Shown: piece by piece, positions 1-13,200 of the stretch
How positions within the stretch are numbered: the stretch's first letter is position 1
How the letters are laid out: the number at the start of each line of letters is the position of its first letter
Assembly: GCA_964035545.1 (NCBI GenBank)
Contig: OZ037766.1
Location: 26,564,343 to 26,628,342, forward strand
Reading direction: 5' to 3'
Length of the DNA stretch: 64,000 bases
From: Bugula neritina
Taxonomy: Eukaryota; Animalia; Bryozoa
Program-made: the position numbers and the translations under genes
The notes under the pieces: model-generated
What the model saw: only the letters and a program-made list of their open reading frames with translations
Database searches by the model: none
Told to the model about the DNA's origin: nothing

Positions 1-2090
1 ACTCAGTGTGTACAATTAGTACACTTCAGTGCTGCACTTTAATTGAAATCTAAACTATGTATTGAATAAGGAGACAGCTATAGCTAGATAAATTTATATA
101 AGTATTGAAATACTACTAACAACAGATAATTTAAGCTTAATAAGGAGAGCATATCATATTATATTGTTTGATTTGTGTAGAAACACTCTGGTCTAGTTTA
201 GTTGTGAATACTAACAGCTGTTGACCCAGTGCTTACCCTTTTCTGTTTATGACATAACATGATTCCAAGTTAGGTGTTACTAAGCTGAGCTATACATGTG
301 GTGCAACACATAGGGATTTATTAGAACTTAAGCTAAAATTTTCTGCCACAATATGCAGGCCGTTTTGTCATAAAAATTTTGCAATGTTATTATTACTAAA
401 AAATGTAACTCTTATTACCTAGACAAAAAGGCATGTATTATGTCAGGATATAACAATGAATGCATATATAAATTATTATTACAATTTTATGTAATTTTAT
501 AGTAACTTTAAAGGTTAACTTGCATTAGTTTTTTAGGTGACGGCAAAATACATTGCTGTAATATAAATTTACCAAAGATCAATTTTTTTCCTTTGAAAAT
601 TCTATTTAAACGCAAAAAATATATAATTTGGCAAAAGAGGGGATTGCAAGACTGCAGCTTTCATTAGTTTTGTTTCTCTTGTTTGTGAACTACACAGCCA
701 TGCGCACCCCACTTACAGCACCAGCAACAGCATACATATGCTGACTCTAGTAAAACATAGAGCAATGAGTGTGTAAGACCCTCATTCTGTTGCTAAACCT
801 GTCCTTCCTTTACGTTATTGCTCAAGTATGTCCTTGTGTATCATTCTTACATACCAGCTGCTCTAAACATGTTTCAAAAGTGAATACTGGTGCGAAAAGA
901 CTATTAAATGGCAATGTTTTATAAAAAGCGGACATAACTACTATAAAATGCTGCCAACTGCTATGTTAATAACATACTTAATAGATTCCTTAATATACAC
1001 TGGTTATGATAGCAGGTTAAGGAGGTAAGTATACTGAATCAATAGTTGTTAATGTATGCAGCTAATGAAGGGATTTGATAGTTTGATATATAATAAACAT
1101 TAGCAGCCATATGGTAATGAGCAGTATATTGCCCTCAATGCTTGTAGTATACTGCACTATATAAACTGTACAGTCTGTTGATATTTATACCACATAGTAT
1201 CAAGCTATAAGAAGTATGTGTGTTACTAAGCTATCTATAACTTTTTGTTTATTAATTTTTGATAAAATAAAAGAAAAACAACAAATTTTACCACTGCAGA
1301 AGTTTCTTTGTTATTCATATAATAATATATGGGAAACAGTTATGTTTAATCAGTGCATTTTATATGCAAATTTTGAATTGTCAAGTCTGGTTTAGTAGCT
1401 TGAGTTATTTGTATGTATACATTCTACTGGATAGATTCGTACGTCATCAGCGTATCAATTGTTTTACTGCAATGAATGTCTTTAAAAAATATCAATAGAA
1501 AAAAAGCTAGAAAAATTTATCTGTATAATAGTTAATGTATTTTTGATGATGTGTAGCAAAGACTGAAGCCTATATGGTATGTTATAAAATGTTGCCAAAA
1601 GCTACTGTAAGTGAAATGCGACAGCGTTAGCACTTTACCCAACCAAGCGGTTACACTATTAAGTATCATTAAAGAGTTGTTACCGATTTCGATTCTGCTA
1701 GGCATTAGAGTTGGTATAAGTTAATAAGCCTGAACTAATGAACTTCATTTTCTTTCAGGATTTTACTCGCATCTTGTATTATTAGAGAGCATAAGACTTG
1801 ACAGAATGTTTTACACTGTAAAGTATATTCTACAACACAGTAAGACTAATAACGCAATTACAAATACTTTAAATACAAAAACACATGATTTAACCTTACA
1901 TAAAACATTCACAACACAGGTTTTTCTTTTTGCACCATGGACTTGATTTGTCTGATAAATACATATGCTTGTCCTAGGTATTGCTTTTTGGTGATATGAA
2001 GAATGTTGAACGTCAAAGTTTACTCCATGCCCATTTTTGTCTTTTCAAAATTATGTTATACTGACGCAGCATACGTAAACTATAAATAAA

Positions 2091-2290
2091 CTCACGCAAT
2101 TTTACAGTCACTATACTCTTACAGAAAGGGTCTTTTTAAAGTGGGCTAAGGACTTATTCAGATGAGGCACAGGAGCAATTATGACTGAATACTCTTCCTA
2201 GTATTACCAATAGCCTTTTCTGGGGTTTGAACCCATGACTTCAGGTTTACTAAGCCAGCGCTCTAACCCCTAGACCATGGCCGCTTCGCT
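2091..2290 (-). mobile_element. tRNA-derived SINE, copy 1
   Basis: Minus strand has an A-box-like TGGTCTAGGGG and B-box GGTTCAAACCC, followed by a body shared with 52091-52299 and 52825-53025 (e.g. CAGTCATAATTGC...ATCTGAATAAG.CCTTAGCC). Ends approximate. Confidence 0.8.
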
Positions 2291-3334
2291 ACACAGCAAA
2301 CATAGACCGTGAATGCTATATCAAATTTATAATATTTACAAGTTGCAATGCATGTGCCATTTTCTACTTAAAATTACGCAATTAAATAAACTGAATATCT
2401 TTTCAAGCACTTAACATCTAGACAACTAAATAACTTTCAAACATATACACCAAGTAAGCCGATGTGTATACTAGTTTTTATGCCAATAGTTACTAGTATG
2501 TATGTGAACAGCTTTACCTGTTTACTGAGCTAAATCCATTAAGTGCAATGAATAAATGACATGAAGTTCAGAAAATTTGAAGTTTTTAAAACTATATTGC
2601 TAAAGATAAATTATTTAAAAAGTTAAAAAGTCATTATTGCATGTTAAAATTAGATTTTGTGAAGTCATAAAATTTGGGCAATCTCTTTTTAAAAAAGGTA
2701 TATCTTTTAAAAATTATTTAGAATAAAATAAAACCATAACCCTTTAAAAAAGCAAGTTGCTTTATATATATAATGTAATAAAATGTCTTGAATAGAAAAG
2801 GCAGGTGCAGCAATAGGGAAGTTGAGAAAAGTCTCCGTTTTGAATTAGAAATAGAGCAAAAAAAAGTTACGTTCTTGCAAAAGTTTCAATTCATGTCCTA
2901 AACCAAAATTTATTAAGAAAATTAAAGAACTTGGGCTATTAAAATTTCTCCACTACTGCAGGTAAATAGCAATCTGTCAGTGCACTATAATATTTTTTGT
3001 GAATCTTAATGCACGATTCTCTATATAATATACTAAAATCTTTCAAGAAACATATTTGAAACTCAAATTAACAAAGGTATTATGCAGCAGGAAATAGTGA
3101 CTTTTTGACTGGCAATTATCCATTATAGCAACTATAATAGAAATATGCCTCGAGAATGTCTCCTGCAACTCTTCTGAACGGTACAAAGTGCCACTCTGGT
3201 GCCTCCTGGTTGCTATGCTTTGATCCATAGTCCCTGCTTATCTCTGTCTTGTAATCCACTGAAATATTACCAGCATAATAATTATTCTTCACACCTACAT
3301 TAGTTACAATGATTTTGCACTGTTGTATGTGTCA

Positions 3335-3482
3335 TCTAGCAGAGCTAGTTGCTAAATGATAGTTTCTAGGTGCTAGTTGCTAGGCACTAGTTGCTAGTTG
3401 CTAGACACTAGTTTCTAGTTGCTAGGCACTTGGTGCTAGTTGCTAGGTGCTAGATGCTATTAGCTAGTTGCTAAGCACTATT
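3335..3482. repeat. Degenerate short tandem repeat (TAGTTGCTAGG-like)
   Basis: Repeated CTAGTTG/CTAGGTG/CTAGGCA units seen directly. Confidence 0.8.
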
Positions 3483-6400
3483 GTCAATAGCGCTTTAAAA
3501 AATTAAATAATTTACTGCACTCTAACATTATTTTATTACGATATGATACTCACTAGCATGTCTCAACGCTCTATGGATATCAGAAATTTCTTTTGTTGTT
3601 AATTTTTCTGCCATTTCACTTCTAATTTTCTCTGGCAGAACATGCTTTCTGGTCTCGGAGTACCCCAACCTTTCTACAACATCAACAGTGTTCTCAGTCT
3701 ACAATCACAATTAAACTCTATGACTGCAATCACGAATTTTGTGCTAAACATACTATATGCTATGTTACAATTATTATTCACAGTAGAATTCGCCGAAAAC
3801 ACTTGGCTAAAAATTAGAAGAAAAGAAAACCAGCACTCAACTGAAAGTGATCAGATACAATCAGTTGTCATGTGTTTAAAAGTGAGCTGAAAATTAAATC
3901 TGGCCGGTGATGTATTGAAAAGTTATAAAACTATTTATCCAGTTTTATTACAAGTAGTTTAAGGTAACCAGTTTACTCCATTGATTGTTTGCAGTATTTT
4001 GTTGTATATTTTGTTGTTATTGTATAAGTGACTGCTTCTATTACAGGTTTATATTGTGGTTTAGACTATAGTGTAAAATTCTCAACACCTACACATGCTC
4101 AGGCTTAAGTACTGCTTGAAAGGATACATACAGTAAAAGTAAATCAAGCAAAAACTTTCTAATTTGACTGTTTAGAATCTGTTTATTGATGTATCAATGG
4201 TGTATAGAAATTATGCAGTCTCTCAAATGATTTCGAAAAAATTTTCATTTGATCCGGTAACGTAAAATTTATAGAGTAAAATTTCAACAGTTTAGCTCTC
4301 AAACCTAGTGTGCTAACTATTGAAGCCACAATTAAGATGGTCACCAGAAAACCTTATTGTGGTTAGCTTTCAGAACTTTTTCTGCTATATAAGCTTTTCC
4401 CCCAATCACTAGGCATGCTAAGTAAAGTTTGGTGTTAAGCTACTTTTTAAGTTACCAATACATAACATGACTTACTCAGATATATAGCTGTCTGGTCAGA
4501 AGGAGTACAGTGGTAAAGCTTGTTGTCTCTCTCCTGTACTTCTAAGCTATACATGAAGTACATAAAAGCTCCAAACGCTATGGCAACTGGAATCTGTTGA
4601 ACGTCAATCATATTCTTTATGTTTAGTCTTGGTCTCAATTATGGCTACAACAGCAAATACGCTCACTAATAAAATGAGCTGAATGCAAATTACTGACAAT
4701 CATAGAGGTGCAGAGGTGAGCATTTTTGCTTAGCTTGAGTTTATACTTTTTGCTTTGGTGTTTAGGGGTTGATTGTTTTATTCTAAAAACTCGAGCAACT
4801 TTTTATTCAGCAGCCAGCATTAAAAACTTTTATTCTACACCTACCTTTTAATGTAGCACCTAGGCAACGTACACTTGATAATTGAATTCACTAAAACGAC
4901 AGTAAATTAACATACGTAGTCATATTTATGTAATTGTTTGAATTAATGTGTTGAAATGTGTTTACATTCCAAGGATCTCATAGTTGAGAAACAAGAATGC
5001 CCAACACTTGGAGTTGCAGTATATGCATAAGTTAACGCAATTTGTATCTAGTAGTTAAATTACTTAACAGTTTACCTTATAGCTCAAGACACTGCGTAGT
5101 TTATAATGTGACCTTTACATACCTTTAAGCTGCAGTCACTGTTTACCTGTTGCTGCTAAGTGCGTGTTGTACTGGTACTAAACTGTAAGTTGAAATTGTT
5201 GCAGCTAAGCAGGTAATGCTGATAGGGGTAAATTCCTAAGCTATGCTAGCTGCCAATACTTTAGCAGGGAATTCCCCCATGCCCTTTTGAACTGTAAACT
5301 CATGATAGTACAATAGTATCAAGTAAAATGTACTAGCATAAGTATACAGTGTTCAGGTTTATAGCGATATTTGCAAAGTTGAGATAGCTAATAACTCATT
5401 ATCAAGAAATTACATATGTTATTATTCTTATTATAAAAGTAAGATAGTCTAACAATATAATTAAACTAAATATTTCAAAAATTGAATTGTTCAACAGCTC
5501 TTAAAGTTAAAACCACTGATTATATTCATTTTTTTACAAATTATAACAGTAATTGCTGTTGAGTACTACTTCAGTTGAAAAAGATCTCAATTGGTCATCC
5601 CTGAGTGACTAGTCTGAGGTTTTAAGAAGTTTACAAATTTCCTACAACTTTTCAAACTTACACAAACTGTACAAGCTTCATTCGAAAGCTGTGACTGTTG
5701 AGAGGCAATGTGAACCAAGGAAATGCAATGAATGCAATATCAAAATTAGTTGTACTATATCGGTGCAATAGGTTGGTGTAGAATGAGATAGGTGCACTTT
5801 CAACAAATTTGGCTGATAAAATCTAATGATCAAATTTTTCAATATAGTATTTTGAAAGTTCTGTCCAACAGTTCAGCATAATATATGAAGAGTGTCGGAT
5901 CACCGTCCAACACTTTCAGCCCCTGTCTAACAGTAAATTTGTACACAGAGATTTCTACACGACAGCAAATGTTGGTGAAGCTCATCCAATAGAAGTGTGA
6001 GAGCTTTTAACAAATTACTGCATCTCATTGTGTATAATAAAGGAAGCAACCTTTCACCAGCTGCATACAACTTGTCTGTTATTACCAGTTTGACAATTGA
6101 TATTTTTGAGTAAATACAGTTTATTATTATTGACAATATGCTATATAAAACAGCATTCTTTTACTTTCTTAGAAAGCAACAGCAGGCTGTTATTGCCTTT
6201 TGGCCATATTAACATAATTATTTAAATGTGTTGCAATAGTGAAAAAACCAAGCCGTCTATTAATTGTGCAAGATAAAACCTCACATTTAGATATGAATTA
6301 CATTAGAAATTTATAAAATTTGTATAATTTGTTGCATAAATTCACCGAATTTGTCTTTTTTGTTTCATTGTACATAGGTGGCTTAGAAATTTGAAGTTTG

Positions 6401-7201
6401 AACTAGCATATTGGCACAATTTTCTGGATATTCCAAGATGGCTGCAATTAACTGCCCCATTTATTAATGCTTTACCTCAAGAAGCCATAGAAAAACAATT
6501 ACTTGTTTGCAAAAACAATAGATATTATATCATTTTCAGCATGGCATATATTTTATTGCATATATGTCAACCATACTATGATTACAGGGTGTACCAGTAG
6601 AAAAAAAACATTTTAAAGGGAACATTGGTAAATTACTTCAAGGTCAAGTCGATTAAAACAAGAATGTGTATATTACATTATAATGACTAAATTATGAGAC
6701 CAGATACTGAAGATGGGCTATGGAGTTACAGTGAGGGGTGGTGAAGTAAAACACTGGGCTCGGTAACATAACAAAATGGCAGAATAAAATATTGTTTGCA
6801 CAAAATATTAGTGATTTAATATTTGTAACTATAAATAAACATGAATAGAGTCGCTGTAAAGCAGAAGATTACTGGCCCATCAACTGGTGTGATGGTAGCA
6901 TCTTATATCAACTACAGAGCATACAATATGGCTGCTGCATAGATATTCTGTATTAATTATAATTCATTTACTGAGAAAGCAGATTTCTGTGTGTATAGTA
7001 TCCATAATTACATAACTATTCAGTAAGAAATGGAGGAGAATTGTTTGTTGTTTAAGTAACTGGATGGTCCACAGATCTTCACAAATACACTGTGTAAATA
7101 GTTGAGTTAACTGCAGCTATTTCTTAGTTATTTTACAGTTTACTTTAAACTCCCTTCACGAGTTACTAAAATATTCACAATCAGCTGCTTCTGGGAGGTG
7201 C

Positions 7202-10200
7202 CTAGCTGTTCATAGTTGTGTATAACGCTTCCTTCAGACTGGGTTCAAGACTAGACACACAGGCTTGTAGCACCTCACCATTACTCTGCAATAGAAGCAA
7301 GTAAGTAGACAACTCCTAAAGAGCGTATAGTATACTAACAGTGGGATATACACAGCTTGTATTCGGATTATCTATTTCCTGTGTGTTATGTGAGCAGCTA
7401 ATAATATGCAAGTTACTAGTTCATATATCACATAACCTCGTGCACTAAAGACCTATTTCGTATGATAAAAAATCGTATCATGAAAATACACAACTGTCAA
7501 GAGAAGTATTCAGAGTCAATTTATTACATTTATTTGGACTAACACTGCAGTAGGCAACTTAGCATTAATTTTGTCTTGGAATATTGCCATACTTACACAC
7601 CACATGCTTTTAAGCAAGTCTAAAGGTGTATGAATCTCATTTTAGATATCAAATGTAATAAAAATAAAATAAAATTGTCATGAATGAATTTTATGGTGCC
7701 AAATATGATAAAATATATAATACTGCACAAACAATATAAATAGATATAAGTTATAAAGAAACTACTCATAAGGATTTCTATTGTAGCACAAATTTATCTG
7801 ATAATAAACATGAAGTGACACAAAGGTTAGGCTACAGATAGAGATTTCATTCCAAACTCTTAGCTAATAAAACACAGATAAAACTGACCTGTAGTGAAGC
7901 TATGCAAGTCTTTAGTTTGTTGTACACTTCCGAGTCTTTAGAGAAAAGCTCGAGACAGAAGGCTTGAGCAATGACGGTCACCAGGTGAGGCAGGTTACAC
8001 CCGTTCTCTCCGAACAAACCCGCGTGTTGCCTGCAAGAGCTTGTACATTGTATCTACTGCATAGATGACCAGAAGGAAACTCGTATCTCAAACATAACCT
8101 CCAACTTTTGACGAGTCACAAACAATTGTATAAACAACTTACTGTGAATGCCTAGTCAGTTAATTTGTATCAACTACGAGTATATCAACCAGCTCTGGTT
8201 AGCTCACTACTCACCATACACATTCATACAAATTACACACAGAGAAGGAATACTACAAGGTGTACTCACGATTCAAACAGGTCACAGAAGTAGCCGTAGA
8301 CATGTTCAGCTTCATCTGTGTCTTCAGAAACAGGCAGCCAGGAGAGCCAGAGTGGTATGACCTCGTTGGGGTCCACAACTCCTGTGGTAATATGTTACAC
8401 AATTACATATTACGATAATATACGTTGTATATGCTTTCTATACACTAAATATTACGATAATATACGTTGTATATGCTTTCTATACACTACATATTACGAT
8501 AATATACGTTTATATGCCCACATATTACAATAATACGTTGTACATGACAAGGATAGATTACATATTGCCCAATTTACTGTCAACTATGTAATTTCTGCTT
8601 AATGTAAAATGATGTCATAATACAATATGATAAATATTAAAATATTCAGATATCAGCAAACAAATGAAAGCTCATTTGATAGGTCAGTTGCACAGAACAC
8701 AGAGGTGGTCACAAGATCTATCCCACAAAAACCAAAAGTTTAACGCAAAGTTGTGGCCTATAATATATATGTAGAAAACATAAAATCCATTTATTAAAAT
8801 TCTGTGGTTATAACGACCATTAAGAAATATACTCCAGACGAGATACTTCAACTTACCCTGAGTGTATTTACATATTTTAGTTATCGCTGAGATGGCATTT
8901 TCAGCTGCAAAAACATTTTCGACATTTCGAGCCTCGGTGTCCTGTACCATGTTTACCAATAGAGGGACTATGCCTACAACGCCACAACTAAAGTTATTAC
9001 TGGAATAATAGAGATGTCATAGAGACATGGCTAAGAAGATGACACAGTTAGATTTCCTTCAGACAATATTTCATTCATGAAAAGTGTTACTTATAAAAAG
9101 TAAATAGTATGCATTTGCCCCTTGCTAGCCTTAGGGTGATTAAATTTACACGAAATAAATGTTGTAACAGCACCTTACAACTCCCACAGCCTAAATCAAG
9201 ATAATCGGTAGCCAAGAATTTATGACATTTCTATTTACATTACAATAAAAATGAACAGAAAACTCCAAACCTAAAAGTTCACAGTTGCAGGTTAGTAAGA
9301 CAAATGTTCACTAACTGTTGGGTAGACCAAACCCGAGACCTAAACTCACCTTTTAGTGTTTCAGTGAAAGCATTCTGTCCGCACATGGCCATGACCCCGG
9401 CGCCATAGGCCGCAGCTTGCCGCACCTCCGGCTGTTTGTCTGAGAGAGAGGCTACCAGAGCCTGGACGTAGTACTCGTTGTACTTAGCAGCAGCCTGCGA
9501 CAGCATAGCAAACTTTGTCAACAGTTGAAATAACAGTCAAGGTGACTGGATGATGTAATAATAAGACGAAAGGTCATAACTGGGAGCAGCTGTAGTCTAG
9601 GAGTTAGAGGAAATGGCTTAGCAAAGGCTATTGGTGATTTTAGGGAAGGCAATCATTCATAGAAAACACAATAGGAAATAAGTTCTTTTCCTCAGGGGTT
9701 CTCACAGGGACAGTGACTATAAACCCAAGCAAGTTTTCTATTAGGCCACAATCAAATGTAAGGTACAATAATGTAACATTTCGATATAGTTTGAGTAACT
9801 GCTTTCCAGAGTAATGGTGTGTGCCGTAACAAAAGAGCACACAGCATAGACCTAGCATTAAGAGTACTGTACTTACGGAACGGGCACACACCCCCCCCCC
9901 CCCTGCTGTGAAGAACAGTGTACTTACCGGGCCGGCATATTCCAGCAGATCATCAAAGATACAGAGACCCCACTGTCTGTCTGACCACAGGCTATCACTC
10001 TTGAGCAGTCTCACAAAATGGCCGAGGAGCTGATCGAACAGAGGCAGGAAGTCAATGCCCATCGTACCGAAGAGGGCGTGTATGATGTCGGATATCTTAG
10101 AAAGTATGTAGACGTCTTCTTCATCCTGCAAGTTAGACACCGTGTCTTATAATGCATGTTAAACCACGCCCCTACTGTGGTAAACCACGCCCCTACTGTG

Positions 10201-13200
10201 TTAAACCACGCCCCTACTGTGTTAAACCACTCCCCTACTGTATTAAACCACGCCCCTACTGTATTAAACCACTCATCTACTATATTAAACCACTCCCCTA
10301 CTATATTAAACCACGCCCCTACTGTGTTAAACCACGCCCCTCCTGTGTTAAACCACTCATCTACTATATTAAACCACTCCCCTACTATATTAAACCACGC
10401 CCCTCCTGTATTAAACCACTTCCCTACTGTATTAAACCCTTTCCTACTGTATTAAACCCTTTCCTACTGTATTAAACCACCCCCCCACTATATTAGCCCA
10501 CTTTCCTGACTGCTTTCGAAGACCCATACCTTCCATAGAAATGAGTGACAGCATTTAGTCAACTACAGTAACCTGGCAGAGACATCTCACCGCGTTACAC
10601 AGATTCTCCTCCACATCGTCATCATAGTCTTCGTCCTTTCTCTGCTCCTGACGCTCCTCCTGGTGTTTGAAGTGACCGTTGAGCAGATTTATCATGATAT
10701 TCAACAGCTCCTGTAGATGGGCCTGGCTGAGTGCCCCCTTACCCCGTCTTTCTATGCACTACAGTGTTCGAGAATAGGGTAGAGTTGTAGAGGTAAAAGA
10801 TTAACTAAGATAAATAATATTTTAGGCATAATTTAAAAATCATTCACCGAATACATCAGTTAAATATGAAGCATTCTTATTATAGAGCTCATTACATATA
10901 TAATGCCCCGAACTCAGGTGGTGCAACACAAATCTACATGAACACTAAAAGGAGAAAGCGCTGGGACATACTTGGGCTAGAGAGCTCATTACTTCAGCCT
11001 GTATATCTTTCTCTGGCTCAGACTCTATGGCTTTGAGGAGGCTGGGTGCGATGAAGTCCCACATGTTTTGTACATACTCTAAGGATAAAAGAGCAGACAA
11101 CTTCGTTATAAACTTATCTAATATATAATAAACGGCAATGACTATAATGCTCCCTTCGTATCTCACTAAGCTGCCGGTCCCAAAACCTTAATTCGTGGCA
11201 TAGCAGAATACAGGACTAAACTCAACTAATGAATTCGTTAAATTCGTCCATTTTGTCCCTATACCCACACATGCATAAACCACAAAATAAAGGTCCAAGC
11301 CCTTTCCATGACATGCATTTAAATGGTAGTGTCAGTACTAAGTAGCTAGTAATACAGTGTGAGTAGCTAGTAATACAGTGTAAGTATCTAGTAATACAGT
11401 GTAAGTAGCTAGTAATACAGTGTGAGTAGCTAGTGATACAGTGTGAGTAGCTAGTAATACAGTGTGAGTAGCTAGTGATACAGTGTAAGTATCTAGTAAT
11501 ACCGTGCCAATATCTAGTAATACAGTTATCGTACCTGGTCCTTGTATCTTTGCACAATCTAGAAGATACGGAAGGGATTCAGCAGCAGCAATACGACAAT
11601 CATCATGGAAATAAAATTTTAGAAGTGGAACCATAATCTCTACCACCTATAAACATGCAAGCATAAACAGTGAGCTGTAAGGTACACAAGAGCTCTGTTA
11701 GCTGTAAAACCATGTATAGACAAGGCACTACTCCAAGTGTGAACTTCTACATCATTTAGCATAATTATTCCAGGTTTTTATTCCTGGCCATATACATGTA
11801 TTATCAACACACACAGCTATGACGTAAGAATTTAAGAATTAGAAGGGCAAAGAAGACACTAGTGGCTTGTAAATACGTCTCCACGCACCCACCTCCTTAG
11901 TGTACGGAGAGAAGCCCTCCTTCAGTTCCCTCGCGTAACACACCAACATCTGACAGGCTGTTGCCTTGTCCTCCAGACCAGCTGTCTTGATTCCAAAGTT
12001 CTGTTGATCTCCGAGAGTTACAAACTGCCAGTCCGTATCGTTAGCCAGTGATTGCATCTCATCAGTGTCCAGAACAGCCACCTGCAATGGGTTGTCAAGA
12101 GAGCGTGTATAGCTTGTCACTATATTTACTGCTACCACTACCAACTAGTGTCACTGCAACAATTACCATCAGGGCATATAATCATTGCTGGAATAACCAT
12201 TGCTGCAAACATAGGCATCATTGTTATAACCACAACTGGTAAAACTGTAGCTAAAATTATACAACTATCAAAAATGCTGTTCACATATATCAAGACACAC
12301 TGTTAGGTCCCACAAAACTCTCTATTGTGTAGAGATTGAGTAGAAAACGATTGACGAAAGCATTAGATGAAAGGTCAGTAGACATTTGTACTGCTAGCGT
12401 ACCTCTGGTTTGATGTTGGCGGCTTTCAGTACAGGCGGCATGACCATGGGTAGGTACTGCTCAAACTCTGGCCCCAGGATCTTGCACATTCTAGCCCAGG
12501 CAGAGATGAGGTAGGAGACCTGATAGTATAAACATACATATTCTAGTGTGAATATATGATAGAGTTTAATGTTTATACTCTAGCTTATATAGTGTGAATA
12601 CTACAATGCAACGCTCTCAGTGAATGTAATAGGATATGTATATATTCTAGTGTATACTATGTATAATATAGTGCATATAATGTAATTGATGACACAGCGT
12701 ATAATTAGAAGTGATGTAATGTATACATAATGTTAGTAAAAGGAAGACAAACCAAGTCATAGAGTACAAATGTACATCAGTGAACTTAACCTGCTAGTAA
12801 CCTACTATGAACCAACCTAACAGTACTAAGATAGAAGAAATGCACAGAACACAGCATTATCAAACAAATAGCTCTCCTGTAGAGCTGGGATATTTTTTCA
12901 AATAAGTAAAAAAAGTTAGCTAAACTTGTACAAGTATTTTAAGTATTCCACCACAAAATCAAGTCTGCCAATAATTTCCTCGCACGCCCCTGGAAAGGCG
13001 CCATATTGTACTTTAGTGAAAGAATCAGCTAGACCTGACGGAAAAACAGAGAGAAGTATGGAAGACTACCTGAGGATCATCATCAGCCAGTTCCTGTCCA
13101 GTCTGAGAGGCCAGAAGAAGACTCATCACGTCTCCACAGTCCTGCATGAACTTCTCCTTCCCTGAAAGCAGAACAGGTGTGTAACAAGGGTAGACTGAGC

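Noticed and set aside
3043-6136. Possible decayed GPCR on the minus strand (SER/FAVV/LRPRL near 4620-4670 plus hydrophobic patches)
   Set aside because: Needs several frameshifts and gives no consistent exon chain; cannot be supported without a profile search.
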